Of a DNA stretch of 41,110 nucleotides, positions 9,332 through 19,382 are shown piece by piece. The position numbers and the translations under genes are program-made. Every line of letters starts with the position of its first letter. The stretch's first letter is position 1. The notes below the pieces were generated by a model that made no database searches, was not told the origin of the DNA, and saw only the letters and a program-made list of their open reading frames with translations. This DNA comes from a bacterium (GTDB lineage Bacteria > T1Sed10-126), in NCBI GenBank assembly GCA_003557545.1, contig PWOD01000233.1, positions 1 through 41,110 on the forward strand, written 5' to 3'.

Positions 9332-10291
9332 ATGATTGAGGTACCGATGAAAAGTCTACTGGAGACCGGAGTGCATTTTGGTCATCAGCCCCGCCGCTGG
9401 AACCCTAAGATGGAGCCCTATATTTTTACCGAACGTAAAGGGGTTCATATTATTGATCTGGAACAGACAATAGAAGCAGTGCGCCGTGTGACTGAGGTTG
9501 TCACCCAGCGTGTGGCCGAAGGGGACACTGTGCTGTTTGTAGGGACCAAGCGTCAGGCTTCCGATTCTCTGGAGGAACATGCTCGCCGTTGTGGTATGCC
9601 GTTTGTTAACCGCCGCTGGCTGGGAGGAACACTGACTAATTTTAAAACGATTCGGAAAAGCGTTGATAAGCTTAAAGAATTGGAAAAGATGGAAGAAGAA
9701 AATATTATGGACCGGCTGTCTAATCGAGAAGCCCGTCGTAAACAGCGGGAGCGGGAAAGATTGGAAAGAAACCTGTCTGGGATTCGTGATATGGACAAGA
9801 TTCCACAGGTATTGTTTGTGCTTGATGTGTTGCGGGAAGAGATAGCGGTTCGTGAGGCCCGGCACCTTGACATACCGGTTGTTGGAGTTCTTGACACAAA
9901 CTGTGATCCAGAGATGGTTGATTATGCTATCCCCGGCAATGATGATGCTATTCGAGCCCTGGGACTTTACAGTCAGATTATCGCAGATGCGGTGATTGAA
10001 GGGCGGGAGATCCGGGAAAAACGTAAGGCCGAGGAGATCGCAGCCCTTCAGGCTGAAGAGCTGGATGAGGAGACCCTGAGTAGGGAGGCCGAGGTAATCG
10101 AGCCCGGTGAGCTGGATGAGTTTGATGAGTCGGTTGAAATTATCGCTGAGGTTGAAGATGAAGACGCACTGATTGTTGAGGAGGAAGTCGATTCTGAAGA
10201 AAATGATGAAGTTGCTGATGAACCGCCCGGTTCTGAGGATTTAGAGCCGGTGGATGAGGAAACGTCAGAGATCGATGAGGATAAGAGTTAA
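9332..10291 (+). CDS. rpsB: 30S ribosomal protein S2 with a long acidic C-terminal extension
   Basis: 'LLETGVHFGHQPRRWNPKM' and 'WLGGTLTNFKT'. The ATG at 9332 has GGAGGA 7 nt upstream; the track's TTG at 9317 is unlikely. The C-terminal ~75 aa are rich in Asp and Glu. Confidence 0.95.
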   Translation: MIEVPMKSLLETGVHFGHQPRRWNPKMEPYIFTERKGVHIIDLEQTIEAVRRVTEVVTQRVAEGDTVLFVGTKRQASDSLEEHARRCGMPFVNRRWLGGTLTNFKTIRKSVDKLKELEKMEEENIMDRLSNREARRKQRERERLERNLSGIRDMDKIPQVLFVLDVLREEIAVREARHLDIPVVGVLDTNCDPEMVDYAIPGNDDAIRALGLYSQIIADAVIEGREIREKRKAEEIAALQAEELDEETLSREAEVIEPGELDEFDESVEIIAEVEDEDALIVEEEVDSEENDEVADEPPGSEDLEPVDEETSEIDEDKS

Positions 10292-10374
10292 ACAGGATAG
10301 CAGTAGCTGGCCGAGCTGTACTGGTTCGGACCGTTAGCCATGCTGTTGATTAGAATAAAGAGGAGTGAACTGAG

Positions 10375-11028
10375 ATGGGAGTTGCAGCTGAAGATGTAAA
10401 GAAGTTGCGTGATCAAACCGGCGCCGGGATCATGGATTGTAAAGCGGCGCTGCAGGAAACCGACGGTGATTTTGAGAAAGCACGGGATCATTTGCGCCGG
10501 CAGGGAATTGAGGAGGCCCAGCGTAAAACAGGTCAGACTGCTGAAGGCACCATCGGTTCTTACCTGCATTTCAACGGTAAAATCGGTGTTATTGTGGAAC
10601 TTAACAGTCAGACCGATTTTGTTGCCAAAAATGAGAAGTTTTCTGAATTGGCCAATGAACTGGCGATGCAAATAGCAGCCCAGTCCCCGGACTATGTTAA
10701 CCGGCAGGAGGTACCTGAGGAAGAGCTGCAGAAGGAAAAGGAGATTATTGCCGAGCAGATGGCTGATGAGCTCAATGGAAAACCTGATCATGTAAAGGAA
10801 CAGATTCTTGAAGGTAAAATTTCAAAACAGTATTTTCAGAAAAAGGTTCTGGTTGATCAGCCCTATATTGGTGATTCCGAACTTACGGTTGGTGAGTTAT
10901 TGGAGAAGCATATTGCCGATTTTGACGAGAATATAGTAATACGTCGTTTTACCAGATATGAAGTTGGTGAAGGAATCGAGGTAGAAAAAGAGAACTTTGC
11001 CGAGGAGGTTGCCCGGGAGATTGGCTGA
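10375..11028 (+). CDS. tsf: translation elongation factor Ts (short form)
   Basis: N-terminal 'VKKLRDQTGAGIMDCKAALQETDGDFEKA', with AGAGGAG as RBS. Confidence 0.95.
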   Translation: MGVAAEDVKKLRDQTGAGIMDCKAALQETDGDFEKARDHLRRQGIEEAQRKTGQTAEGTIGSYLHFNGKIGVIVELNSQTDFVAKNEKFSELANELAMQIAAQSPDYVNRQEVPEEELQKEKEIIAEQMADELNGKPDHVKEQILEGKISKQYFQKKVLVDQPYIGDSELTVGELLEKHIADFDENIVIRRFTRYEVGEGIEVEKENFAEEVAREIG

Positions 11029-11032
11029 TAGG

Positions 11033-11761
11033 ATGCTGGAGCTGTCCCGAGTTAAACGAGTTGTTATCAAGCTGAGCGGTGAACTTCTGTCCGGGGAAAA
11101 ACCGTTTGGATTGGATACTGATGTAGTTCAACGAATTGCCGCCGAACTGGCGGAGATCACCCGTGAAGGAATACAACTTACCATAATAGTTGGTGGGGGA
11201 AATATTTTTCGGGGACTTGAGGCCAGCCGCCAGGGGATAGATCGAATTACAGGTGATCAGATAGGCATGCTGGCGACAGTTTTAAATGGACTGGCATTGA
11301 AAAATGCTCTGGAAAAGCAGGAGTGTCAGGTAAAACTTTTTAGTGCTGTAAAGATTGAAACGATAGCCGACAGTTTTGTGGCTGAAAAGGCCCGGCACAA
11401 CCTTCAGACCGGCGGTCTGAATATAGCTGTTGCCGGGACCGGTCATCCCTACTTCACCACCGATACCTCGGCTGTTCTTCGGGCACTTCAGCTGGATGCC
11501 GACCTGCTACTAAAGGCAACGCGGGTAGATGGAGTTTATGATAGTGATCCTGAAAAAGATCCGGAAGCTCGTCGGTTTGAAACTATTTCTTTTCAGGAAA
11601 CCCTTTCCCGGAACCTACAATTTATGGATTTAACCGCCACCTCACTCTGCCAGGAAAATAATCTGCCGGTTATAGTTTTCAACATGGACCAGGCTGGTAA
11701 TCTTCTAAAACTTCTGGCCGGGGAACAGGTTGGGACCTTTATTCATGGAGATGATCAATAA
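11033..11761 (+). CDS. pyrH: UMP kinase
   Basis: 'RVVIKLSGELL', 'VGGGNIFRG' and 'ATRVDGVYDSDP'. The ATG at 11033 gives ~242 aa; the track start at 10997 overlaps tsf. Confidence 0.95.
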   Translation: MLELSRVKRVVIKLSGELLSGEKPFGLDTDVVQRIAAELAEITREGIQLTIIVGGGNIFRGLEASRQGIDRITGDQIGMLATVLNGLALKNALEKQECQVKLFSAVKIETIADSFVAEKARHNLQTGGLNIAVAGTGHPYFTTDTSAVLRALQLDADLLLKATRVDGVYDSDPEKDPEARRFETISFQETLSRNLQFMDLTATSLCQENNLPVIVFNMDQAGNLLKLLAGEQVGTFIHGDDQ

Positions 11762-12318
11762 TGTTAAACTCGATCTACAGAGAGACTGAAAACCGCATGA
11801 AAAAAGTGGTTGACGCTGTCTGCCGGGAGTTTGGGTCGGTTCGCACAGGACGGGCTAATCCCGAAATGTTTGAAACTGTTAAAGTTTGCTATTATGGGGC
11901 TCAGACACCGTTGAATCAGTTGGCCAAAATCCAGATACCCGATGCTAAACAGGTGATTATTCAGCCTTATGACAAGGGCTGCATAGAGGATATAGAAAAG
12001 GCTTTAATGGAGTCCAAACTGGGTTTAACACCGAATAACGATGGAAATGTCATCCGGATTAATATCCCTGATTTGACCGAAGAACGGCGCAAAGAGTTGA
12101 CCGGTGTCGTGAAAGAATACGCCGAAGAAGGGAAGATTTCTCTACGGAAAATTCGGCGGGATGCCAGGGATGAAATAGATCTTCTTGAAGAAGAAAGTGA
12201 GATTTCTGAGGATGATGCTCATCGAGCCAAGGAACAGATTCAGGAACTCACAAAAAAATATGAAAATTATCTTGACGATCTGCTTGAAAAAAAGTCAGAT
12301 GAGATAATGTCTTTCTAA
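11761..12318 (+). CDS. frr: ribosome recycling factor
   Basis: 185 aa with 'FGSVRTGRANPEMFE' and 'IRRDARDE'. The ATG overlaps the pyrH TAA. Confidence 0.95.
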   Translation: MLNSIYRETENRMKKVVDAVCREFGSVRTGRANPEMFETVKVCYYGAQTPLNQLAKIQIPDAKQVIIQPYDKGCIEDIEKALMESKLGLTPNNDGNVIRINIPDLTEERRKELTGVVKEYAEEGKISLRKIRRDARDEIDLLEEESEISEDDAHRAKEQIQELTKKYENYLDDLLEKKSDEIMSF

Positions 12319-12320
12319 GG

Positions 12321-13088
12321 ATGGATCCCGAGGATTTCAGAATAGAACAGTTGATTGACCGGCTGAACAGGGCTGAAAATATTCCCCGCCATGTAGCAAT
12401 TATTATGGATGGCAACGGCCGTTGGGCCCGACGTCACGGGGTGAGTCTTGCCCGAGGCCATCGGGAAGGTGCGTCGCGGGTCCGGGAAGTTTTGAATGTC
12501 TGCTCCCGAATTAAACAACTGAATACGCTAACCTTGTTTGCTTTTAGTACGGAAAATTGGTCTCGTCCTGAACGGGAGATCGAAACCCTGTTCGACCTGC
12601 TGGTTGAGTTTCTTGAGAAGGAAGTACAGAGGCTGGTCGAAAACCGTATCAAGTTACAGACTATCGGTCATCTCAAACAGTTTCCAGATCGGGTTCGCCG
12701 GGTTTTGAATCGAGTCATAAAACGTACTGCTGAACGGGGAGAATTTAATTTAAATCTGGCGTTAAATTATGGTGGGCGTGATGAAATCATAAGAGCAATC
12801 AAGAGATTGTTAATGGAACCCGGCGGTCCTCCGGCCCCCGAGCAGCTCTCTGAAAAACAGTTTTCCCGGCTGCTTGATACTGCTGGCCAGCCGGAGCCCG
12901 ATCTATTGATTAGAACGAGTGGCGAGCAGCGTCTCTCGAATTTTCTTCTCTGGCAGCTGGCCTATAGTGAGTTCTATTTTACCCGGACCCTCTGGCCCGA
13001 TTTCAAAGAAATTGATTTTCTCGAAGCGATTGATGATTATTCGCAGCGTGAGCGGCGGTTTGGCCGTCGACCGGCTGACGGGGAGTGA
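12321..13088 (+). CDS. uppS: undecaprenyl (isoprenyl) diphosphate synthase
   Basis: 'HVAIIMDGNGRWA', 'FAFSTENWSRP' and 'LLIRTSGEQRLSNFLLWQLAYSEF'. Confidence 0.95.
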   Translation: MDPEDFRIEQLIDRLNRAENIPRHVAIIMDGNGRWARRHGVSLARGHREGASRVREVLNVCSRIKQLNTLTLFAFSTENWSRPEREIETLFDLLVEFLEKEVQRLVENRIKLQTIGHLKQFPDRVRRVLNRVIKRTAERGEFNLNLALNYGGRDEIIRAIKRLLMEPGGPPAPEQLSEKQFSRLLDTAGQPEPDLLIRTSGEQRLSNFLLWQLAYSEFYFTRTLWPDFKEIDFLEAIDDYSQRERRFGRRPADGE

Positions 13089-13094
13089 ATTGAA

Positions 13095-13853
13095 TTGTTT
13101 GTTCGTTGGATAACTGGCCTGCTGTTTGCTTTGCTGGCTCTTGTTGTGCTCTGGGTTGACCCGTTGGTCTGGTTGGCCTTTCTGTTATGTTGTGTGACCC
13201 TGGCCGGTTTTGAATGGGGTAGGTTAACCGAACTACCCGGCCTGCTTGCTGTCATACTTTTCTTACCAGCGGCGGGACTTGCTGCCTATCAACATTATCC
13301 ACTGCTACCGCTTTTTGTTCTGCTGGCCGGACTACCTTTAATAGTTAAGGGGCAGGTAGAAACGGCAATCTTCGCCCATAATATTGCGGCTGGAATCGTC
13401 TGGCTATGTATTCCTGTCGGACTACTTTTTCAATTGCGGGTTGAATATGGATTTTGGATGGTTCTCGGCCTGTTGTTAGGTACTGCAGTCCAGGACACCG
13501 GGGCACTTTATTGTGGAATGTTATTCCGAGTGGGTCGGGGTTTTGCCGGGCAGGTTAGCCCGAATAAAACATGGAGTGGTTTTATTGGCGGAAGTTTAGC
13601 TATCATTCTCCTGTTTACAGCTTTTTCTTTCTGGGAGTGGTGGGAGTTACCGGTTCCCCTCGGGGTGGCCACAGCAATATTGCTCGGTATTGCTTCCCCT
13701 GTGGGTGATCTGATGATCTCCGGGTTGAAACGGCGGGCTCAACTGGATGATACCGGGAGTTATCTGCCGGGCCATGGTGGCATTCTGGATCGGGTTGATG
13801 GGCTGTTAATGAATACGGTAGTTTTTTATGTGATTCTTTATTTGGGGAGTTAG
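13095..13853 (+). CDS. cdsA: phosphatidate cytidylyltransferase
   Basis: Polytopic membrane protein with 'SPNKTWSGFIGG' and 'GHGGILDRVDG'. TTG start. Stop is TAG, immediately followed by TAA. Confidence 0.85.
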   Translation: MFVRWITGLLFALLALVVLWVDPLVWLAFLLCCVTLAGFEWGRLTELPGLLAVILFLPAAGLAAYQHYPLLPLFVLLAGLPLIVKGQVETAIFAHNIAAGIVWLCIPVGLLFQLRVEYGFWMVLGLLLGTAVQDTGALYCGMLFRVGRGFAGQVSPNKTWSGFIGGSLAIILLFTAFSFWEWWELPVPLGVATAILLGIASPVGDLMISGLKRRAQLDDTGSYLPGHGGILDRVDGLLMNTVVFYVILYLGS

Positions 13854-13857
13854 TAAG

Positions 13858-14985
13858 ATGAAAAAACGCATAGCGGTATTGGGGTCGACCGGTTCGGTTG
13901 GGACCCAGGCGCTGGATGTTTTGAGGAATTTTAAAGAGCAGTTTGAACTGGTTGGTTTAACCGCCCATTCATCGGTTTCTCAGTTAAAAAAACAGGCTGA
14001 GGAGTTTTCTCCTGAGCTGGTTGGGATTAGCGGTATTAAACCTGATGAGTTGCCCGACCAAAACTGGTTAACCGGGCCCGGGGTTCTTCAGGAAATAGCC
14101 CGGATGGATCTGGATATGCTGCTTGTATCGGTTGTTGGACTGGCCGGGTTAAGACCCTGTCTGGCCGCTCTTCGCCAGGGAACCGATGTTGCCCTGGCAA
14201 ACAAGGAGGTACTGGTAATAGCTGGTGAATTAATGCAGCAGACAGCCCGGGAATATGGAGCAAAAATAATCCCGGTTGATAGTGAACATAGTGCTATTTT
14301 TCAGGCACTCCAGGGGGAGAAGATGGACCGGGTATCACGCATAATTATTACGGCTTCAGGGGGGCCTTTTTTAAATTGCTCTCCGGAGCAGCTTCAGCAG
14401 GTGAAACTGACCGAGGTGCTGGACCATCCTAACTGGGAGATGGGACCTAAAATCACAGTCGATTCGGCCACGATGATGAACAAAGGATTGGAAGTGATCG
14501 AAGCCTGCCGTCTGTTCGATCTGCCCCCTGACAGGGTCGGGGCTTTCATCCATCCTCAGTCAACAGTTCATGGTCTGGTGGAGTTTAGCGATAATTCGAT
14601 TTTAGCCCAGTGTTCTACTCCTGATATGCGACTTCCCGTTCAGTATGCATTGTTTTACCCGGAGCGTGGCGAAGCGTTGATTGAGCCGGTAGATTTTTCA
14701 CAGCCGTTTTCCTGGGATTTCCAACCGATAGATATTCAGCAGTTTCCTGCCTATGGATTGGCCCGGGAAGCATTGCTTGCCGGAGGAACTTACCCTGCTG
14801 TTTTAAACGCTGCTAATGAGGTGGCTGTAGAAGCTTTTATCAGTAATAAAATAGAGTTTTTTCAAATTACCGAGATAGTTGAACACTGTCTCCAGACCCA
14901 TGCGGGTCAAGCGGGTGAAAACTTGGAAGAGCTTTTGCAGATTGATCGATGGGCGCGGGAACAGGCAGAACAGTTTAATTGTTAA
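13858..14985 (+). CDS. dxr: 1-deoxy-D-xylulose 5-phosphate reductoisomerase
   Basis: 'IAVLGSTGSVGTQALDV', 'LANKEVLV', 'DSEHSAIFQ' and 'NKGLEVIEA'. Confidence 0.95.
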   Translation: MKKRIAVLGSTGSVGTQALDVLRNFKEQFELVGLTAHSSVSQLKKQAEEFSPELVGISGIKPDELPDQNWLTGPGVLQEIARMDLDMLLVSVVGLAGLRPCLAALRQGTDVALANKEVLVIAGELMQQTAREYGAKIIPVDSEHSAIFQALQGEKMDRVSRIIITASGGPFLNCSPEQLQQVKLTEVLDHPNWEMGPKITVDSATMMNKGLEVIEACRLFDLPPDRVGAFIHPQSTVHGLVEFSDNSILAQCSTPDMRLPVQYALFYPERGEALIEPVDFSQPFSWDFQPIDIQQFPAYGLAREALLAGGTYPAVLNAANEVAVEAFISNKIEFFQITEIVEHCLQTHAGQAGENLEELLQIDRWAREQAEQFNC

Positions 14986-15001
14986 AAAAGGAATGTTTTA
15001 A

Positions 15002-16351
15002 ATGACATATTATTTAATCGCAGCAGTAGGTTTCATTTTTGTCTTTGGCCTTGTAGTTCTGGTGCATGAGGGTGGACATTTTTTTCTGGCCCGGCTTAAT
15101 GGTGTCGAGGTTAAAGCCTTTTCCCTGGGGATGGGACCGACTTTAATAAGTTACACACCAAATGAAACAGAATATCAGATTTCGCTTATTCCCCTGGGTG
15201 GTTATGTTAAGCTGGCCGGGGAGGAGCTGACAGAGGAGACTGATAATCCACGTGCCTTTTCGAATAAATCGGTATGGGCCAGGATTTCGATTCTTGTTGC
15301 TGGCGCTCTCTGCAATATTATCCTGGGGTTTGCACTTTATATGCCTTTGGGGATCTTTCATGGTGAAGAGATACTTCCTCCGAAAATTGGATTTATTAAC
15401 CAGGATATGCCAGCCTATGGTGAGTTGCAGGTGGGGGATGAGGTGCTGGCGCTGAATGATAAAAGGATTAACCGATTTCAGGATATTACCGTTCAAAATA
15501 GTCTTCTTGGTGATGCAACTCGGAAGTTTCTCGTTCTCCGGGATGGAGAGGAAAAGTTGGTTGAGGTTGAACCCTACAGGGTAGAAAACAGGTCGGTTTT
15601 TGAACCCACCCATCTGGTGGGGATTTCTCCTTATATGCCTTCTGTGATCGGGTGGTTGGGTGAGGATAGTCCATTTAAAGAGCTGGGAATAGAGGAGGGT
15701 GATCGGGTCGTTAGAATTGGCGATCAGGATATTGAATCCTGGCAGCTTCTTACCCGAGCGTTGTTTGCCAACCGGGGTGATGTAGAGATTGAGTTTTTAC
15801 AAAACAGTGATTTGGTCAGTGCACGGATCACTATACCCACTGATGATGCTGAGTGGCAGCAATGGGTTCATCAGTTGCAGTGGGGACCACCGGTCGAGCA
15901 AAAACGGTATGGATTGATTGGTTCACTGTCCTTTGCGGCACGTGAGACCAATCAGGCCATCAGATTACTTTTTCAGGGGCTATGGGGGCTGTTGACCGGT
16001 CGTCTGTCACCCGAGGGTCTGGCTGGCCCGGTGGGGATTATCGGTGTGACTGGCCATATGGCCACCGTTGGCTTCTGGCCGCTGATTAGTTTTGCTGCCT
16101 TTTTATCAATTAACCTCGGCGTGATAAATATTCTCCCTATTCCAGTACTGGATGGTGGACATATAATGTTGTCAATTCCCGAGCTGTTTGGCCGACGGTT
16201 GCCACCCCGTGTTTTTGAAATAGCTAATACTATTGGCCTGGTTTTTTTACTCGGGTTGTTGATATTTGTGACATTCATCGATCTGTCTCGGTTTGAGTTT
16301 CTCGCCGGTTTGGGGCGTGGTCTGTGGTCATGGTTGACCGGTTGGATTTGA
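15002..16351 (+). CDS. rseP: RIP (site-2) zinc metalloprotease RseP
   Basis: 'HEGGHF' zinc motif in TM1, PDZ-like central region, and C-terminal 'NILPIPVLDGGH'. Confidence 0.9.
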   Translation: MTYYLIAAVGFIFVFGLVVLVHEGGHFFLARLNGVEVKAFSLGMGPTLISYTPNETEYQISLIPLGGYVKLAGEELTEETDNPRAFSNKSVWARISILVAGALCNIILGFALYMPLGIFHGEEILPPKIGFINQDMPAYGELQVGDEVLALNDKRINRFQDITVQNSLLGDATRKFLVLRDGEEKLVEVEPYRVENRSVFEPTHLVGISPYMPSVIGWLGEDSPFKELGIEEGDRVVRIGDQDIESWQLLTRALFANRGDVEIEFLQNSDLVSARITIPTDDAEWQQWVHQLQWGPPVEQKRYGLIGSLSFAARETNQAIRLLFQGLWGLLTGRLSPEGLAGPVGIIGVTGHMATVGFWPLISFAAFLSINLGVINILPIPVLDGGHIMLSIPELFGRRLPPRVFEIANTIGLVFLLGLLIFVTFIDLSRFEFLAGLGRGLWSWLTGWI

Positions 16352-16375
16352 TCAAGATGGAGAGTGTGACAGGTT

Positions 16376-17455
16376 TTGTCACTGCCGGCTAAACGACGAA
16401 AAACTCGACCGGTGCGAGTTGGTGAGCTGATCATCGGTGGGACTGCCCCGGTGGCCGTTCAATCGATGACAAATACCGCTACTACCGATGTTGCTGCTAC
16501 TGTAAGGCAGGTTAAGCAGCTGGAAACAGCCGGTTGTGAGCTGGTCCGTGTTGCTGTTCCTGATAGGGAGGCAGCATCTCGGTTGCAGGAGATTAAACAG
16601 CAGATAGCCATACCACTGGTGGCTGACATCCATTTCGATCATCGTCTGGCGCTTCAAGCGCTTGATCAGCAGGTCGATAAGATTCGTATCAATCCGGGTA
16701 ATATTGGCGGAAAAGACAAGACTCTTGAGATCATTAAAAGCTGTCAGAAACAGGGGACGGCACTGCGTATTGGGGTAAACTCAGGGTCGCTTGAAAAAGA
16801 GTTCCTGCGTCAATATGGCGGACCTACTCCGGAGGCTCTGGCCAGCAGTGCAGTGGCCCATGTAAAACTCTGTGAAAAGGTCGGATTTGATCAGTTTATT
16901 GTGTCGATTAAATCCAGTGATCCGCTTGTCCTGGTGGAGGCTAACCGGTTGTTCGCCGGGTATAATCAAGTGCCGCTGCACCTGGGATTGACTGAAGCAG
17001 GGTCCTATCCTGCAGGTGCGATTAAGACCGCAGTTGGTTTGAGTCCACTGTTGCTCGCAGGTATCGGGGATACCCTCAGGGTCTCATTGACCGGTGACCC
17101 TGTGCAAGAAATTAAAGTGGCCCAGGAAATTTTGCGTGCCACCGGCCGCCGTCAAATCGGTCCAGAAATCATTTCCTGTCCCACCTGTGGTCGTTTGAAT
17201 TATCCGATGGAAGCAATTGAAAAGCAGATACGCCATGCATTACAGGAGTGCGATTTACCGATTACAGTGGCTATTATGGGCTGTGAAGTTAATGGACCGG
17301 GGGAAGCTCGACTGGCTGATGTTGGTATCGCTGGTGGGCGGGAAAGTGGTCTGCTGTTTCGCCGCGGCAAGGTTGTAAAAAAACTACCCGCCGCTGAACT
17401 GGTTGATGGGTTGCTGGACGAGATTGATAAACTGTCCGCGGAAGCTTCCAAATGA
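16376..17455 (+). CDS. ispG: 4-hydroxy-3-methylbut-2-en-1-yl diphosphate synthase
   Basis: 'KTRPVRVGELIIGGTAPVAVQSMTNT', 'RINPGNIG', 'CPTCGR' and 'GCEVNGPGEA'. TTG start with GGAGAG about 12 nt upstream. Confidence 0.95.
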   Translation: MSLPAKRRKTRPVRVGELIIGGTAPVAVQSMTNTATTDVAATVRQVKQLETAGCELVRVAVPDREAASRLQEIKQQIAIPLVADIHFDHRLALQALDQQVDKIRINPGNIGGKDKTLEIIKSCQKQGTALRIGVNSGSLEKEFLRQYGGPTPEALASSAVAHVKLCEKVGFDQFIVSIKSSDPLVLVEANRLFAGYNQVPLHLGLTEAGSYPAGAIKTAVGLSPLLLAGIGDTLRVSLTGDPVQEIKVAQEILRATGRRQIGPEIISCPTCGRLNYPMEAIEKQIRHALQECDLPITVAIMGCEVNGPGEARLADVGIAGGRESGLLFRRGKVVKKLPAAELVDGLLDEIDKLSAEASK

Positions 17456-17530
17456 AAGATTTGAACAACAGTTTAAAAAGGGCTTGTTTAACAGTCGATA
17501 AAAACACCTTTTCGTAGTTTATTTACAGCG

Positions 17531-17536
17531 TATAAT
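17531..17536 (+). promoter_or_regulatory. candidate -10 box upstream of proS
   Basis: A perfect TATAAT lies about 115 nt upstream of the proS ATG. No convincing -35 at 17-18 nt spacing. Confidence 0.2.
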
Positions 17537-17651
17537 CTTAAGGTGGGTTGATTGAAAAAGAGCTTTTTCTGTGAGTCATTCAGACAGCCTGTTTTAGCAT
17601 ATTTTGAACGGAATATTATCGCCATTATCTTTAAAAGCGAGGTTTAACAGT

Positions 17652-19382
17652 ATGGTATGTCAGTATCTTTCTAACTATTATTTGCCTACTCGTAAAGAGG
17701 ATCCCCGGGACGCCGAGATTGTCAGCCATCGGTTGATGGTGCGGGCCGGCATGATCCGTAAATTAAGCAGTGGAGTTTATAGTTTTTTACCTTTGGCCAG
17801 CAGAATACAACATAAAATCGATAATATTGTAAGGGAAGAGATGGATAGAATTGGTGGACTGGAGGTCAAACTTCCAATAATTCAACCTCGGGAACTCTGG
17901 GAAAAAACCGGTAGGTGGGAGTTATATGGTCCTGAAATGATGCGTTTTAAAGACCGACGCGGGGCCGAATATGGGCTGGGACCAACCCATGAGGAGGTTA
18001 TTACCGATCTGTTGAGTTATGAGGTCGATTCCTATCGTGATTGTCCTCTACTTTTTTATCAGATAGCAACTAAATTTCGCGATGAGGTTCGCCCGCGGTT
18101 TGGAATAATGCGAAGCCGGGAGTTTTCTATGAAGGATGCTTATAGTTTTCATGCTGATGAGGAGGATGCCCGGAAAAGTTATCGTGAGGTCGAGGCAGCT
18201 TATTGCCGAATTTTTGATCGGATCGGTTTTGATTACCGTAAGGTTGAAGCGGCCACAGGACAGATTGGAGGGTCATTATCCCATGAATTTATGGTTCTGG
18301 CGGATACCGGTGAGGATCTGATCCTGTACTGTGATAGTTGTAGTTATGCTGCCAACCAGGAGAAAGCAGAGGGAACTGTTGTTATGCCGGAGGAGGAGCC
18401 GGCAAGGGAGCTGGAAAAGTTTCCCACCCCGGGAGTTAAAACAATTGATGATCTGATTAAAATTGACAGCGAGGCCCTCCCTGAGCGCCAGGTCAAAACC
18501 CTGGTTTATCGATCAGGTGACAGACCACTGGTTTTATTGTTGCCAGGAAACTATCAATTGAATGAAGCGGCGGTTGAAGAGCAAGCCGGCGGCCCCCTGT
18601 CTGAGTATAGTGAGGCGGAGATAAAACAGCTGATGGGCGCATATCCAGGCAGCCTGGGCGCTGTAAAACAGGATGCTGCTATCAAAAATCTGCAGGTCTG
18701 GGCGGATCCATCGCTTAAGGGTAGATCTAATCTTTACACAGGAGCTAATATTGACGGGTACCATTATCGGGGAGTCGATGTGGGAAGGGATTTGAAGATT
18801 GATCGGTGGTGTCAACTGCGGGTATCGATCGCCGGTGAGCAGTGTGGTCGTTGTGGAAACGGAAAACTGCAGGAGCAACGGGGAATTGAAGTAGGTCATA
18901 TTTTTTACCTGGGAGATCGGTACAGTCGCTCTCTGGATGCTGATATAACGATGGATGATGGTCAGAAAAAACCAATGATAATGGGCTGTTATGGAATTGG
19001 AACAAGCCGTATAATGGCCGCCGCTATTGAGCAGTCCCATGATGACAACGGGATAATCTGGCCCCGTTCTATAGCTCCTTTTGATATTTATATTTTACCA
19101 ATAAGCTGGGCTAACGATCAGCAGCGTAAGCAGGCGGAAGAATTTGCTCGGATTTTTGAAAAGCAGGGATATGAGGTTCTGGTTGATGATCGGGATGTCA
19201 GTCCCGGGGTTAAATTTAATGATTCTGAACTGATCGGGATTCCTCTGCGTATTACGCTGGGCCGAGCTCTCGAACAGGGTTTGGTGGAGTTGACAGACCG
19301 GGCAACCGGATCAACCCGGGAGATTCCAGTCGAACAGTGCTTGGAGCAGGTTGAGGTGTATCTGACAGAAAATGGAGGCTGA
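17652..19382 (+). CDS. proS: proline--tRNA ligase (bacterial type with editing insertion)
   Basis: 'YLPTRKEDPRDAEIVSHRLMVRAGMIRKL', 'FRDEVRPRFGIMRSREFSMKDAYSF' and 'GCYGIGTSR'. The ATG at 17652 (MVCQYLS...) is preferred over the track's TTG at 17604. Confidence 0.95.
   Translation: MVCQYLSNYYLPTRKEDPRDAEIVSHRLMVRAGMIRKLSSGVYSFLPLASRIQHKIDNIVREEMDRIGGLEVKLPIIQPRELWEKTGRWELYGPEMMRFKDRRGAEYGLGPTHEEVITDLLSYEVDSYRDCPLLFYQIATKFRDEVRPRFGIMRSREFSMKDAYSFHADEEDARKSYREVEAAYCRIFDRIGFDYRKVEAATGQIGGSLSHEFMVLADTGEDLILYCDSCSYAANQEKAEGTVVMPEEEPARELEKFPTPGVKTIDDLIKIDSEALPERQVKTLVYRSGDRPLVLLLPGNYQLNEAAVEEQAGGPLSEYSEAEIKQLMGAYPGSLGAVKQDAAIKNLQVWADPSLKGRSNLYTGANIDGYHYRGVDVGRDLKIDRWCQLRVSIAGEQCGRCGNGKLQEQRGIEVGHIFYLGDRYSRSLDADITMDDGQKKPMIMGCYGIGTSRIMAAAIEQSHDDNGIIWPRSIAPFDIYILPISWANDQQRKQAEEFARIFEKQGYEVLVDDRDVSPGVKFNDSELIGIPLRITLGRALEQGLVELTDRATGSTREIPVEQCLEQVEVYLTENGG

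Noticed and set aside
9356-9865. Long antisense ORFs inside conserved genes. Examples: 9356..9865 and 9553..9897 opposite rpsB, 10288..10791 opposite tsf, 15143..15613 and 15973..16434 opposite rseP, 18534..19040 opposite proS, 24750..25100 and 26043..26423 opposite bamA, 28559..29029 opposite lpxD, 34273..34701 opposite ctpA, 4437..4838 opposite the ACT gene.
   Set aside because: Each lies entirely within a gene whose product has clear family motifs on the other strand. Their translations are low-complexity (Ser/Pro/Arg/Leu-rich) with no recognisable motifs. This is the usual shadow-ORF pattern.
17456-17651. Possible T-box leader upstream of proS.
   Set aside because: I found no T-box consensus (GGUGG.ACCGCG-like) and no specifier or antiterminator arrangement. 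The only hairpin (GAAAAA-GAGC-TTTTTC) is weak and A/U-rich.
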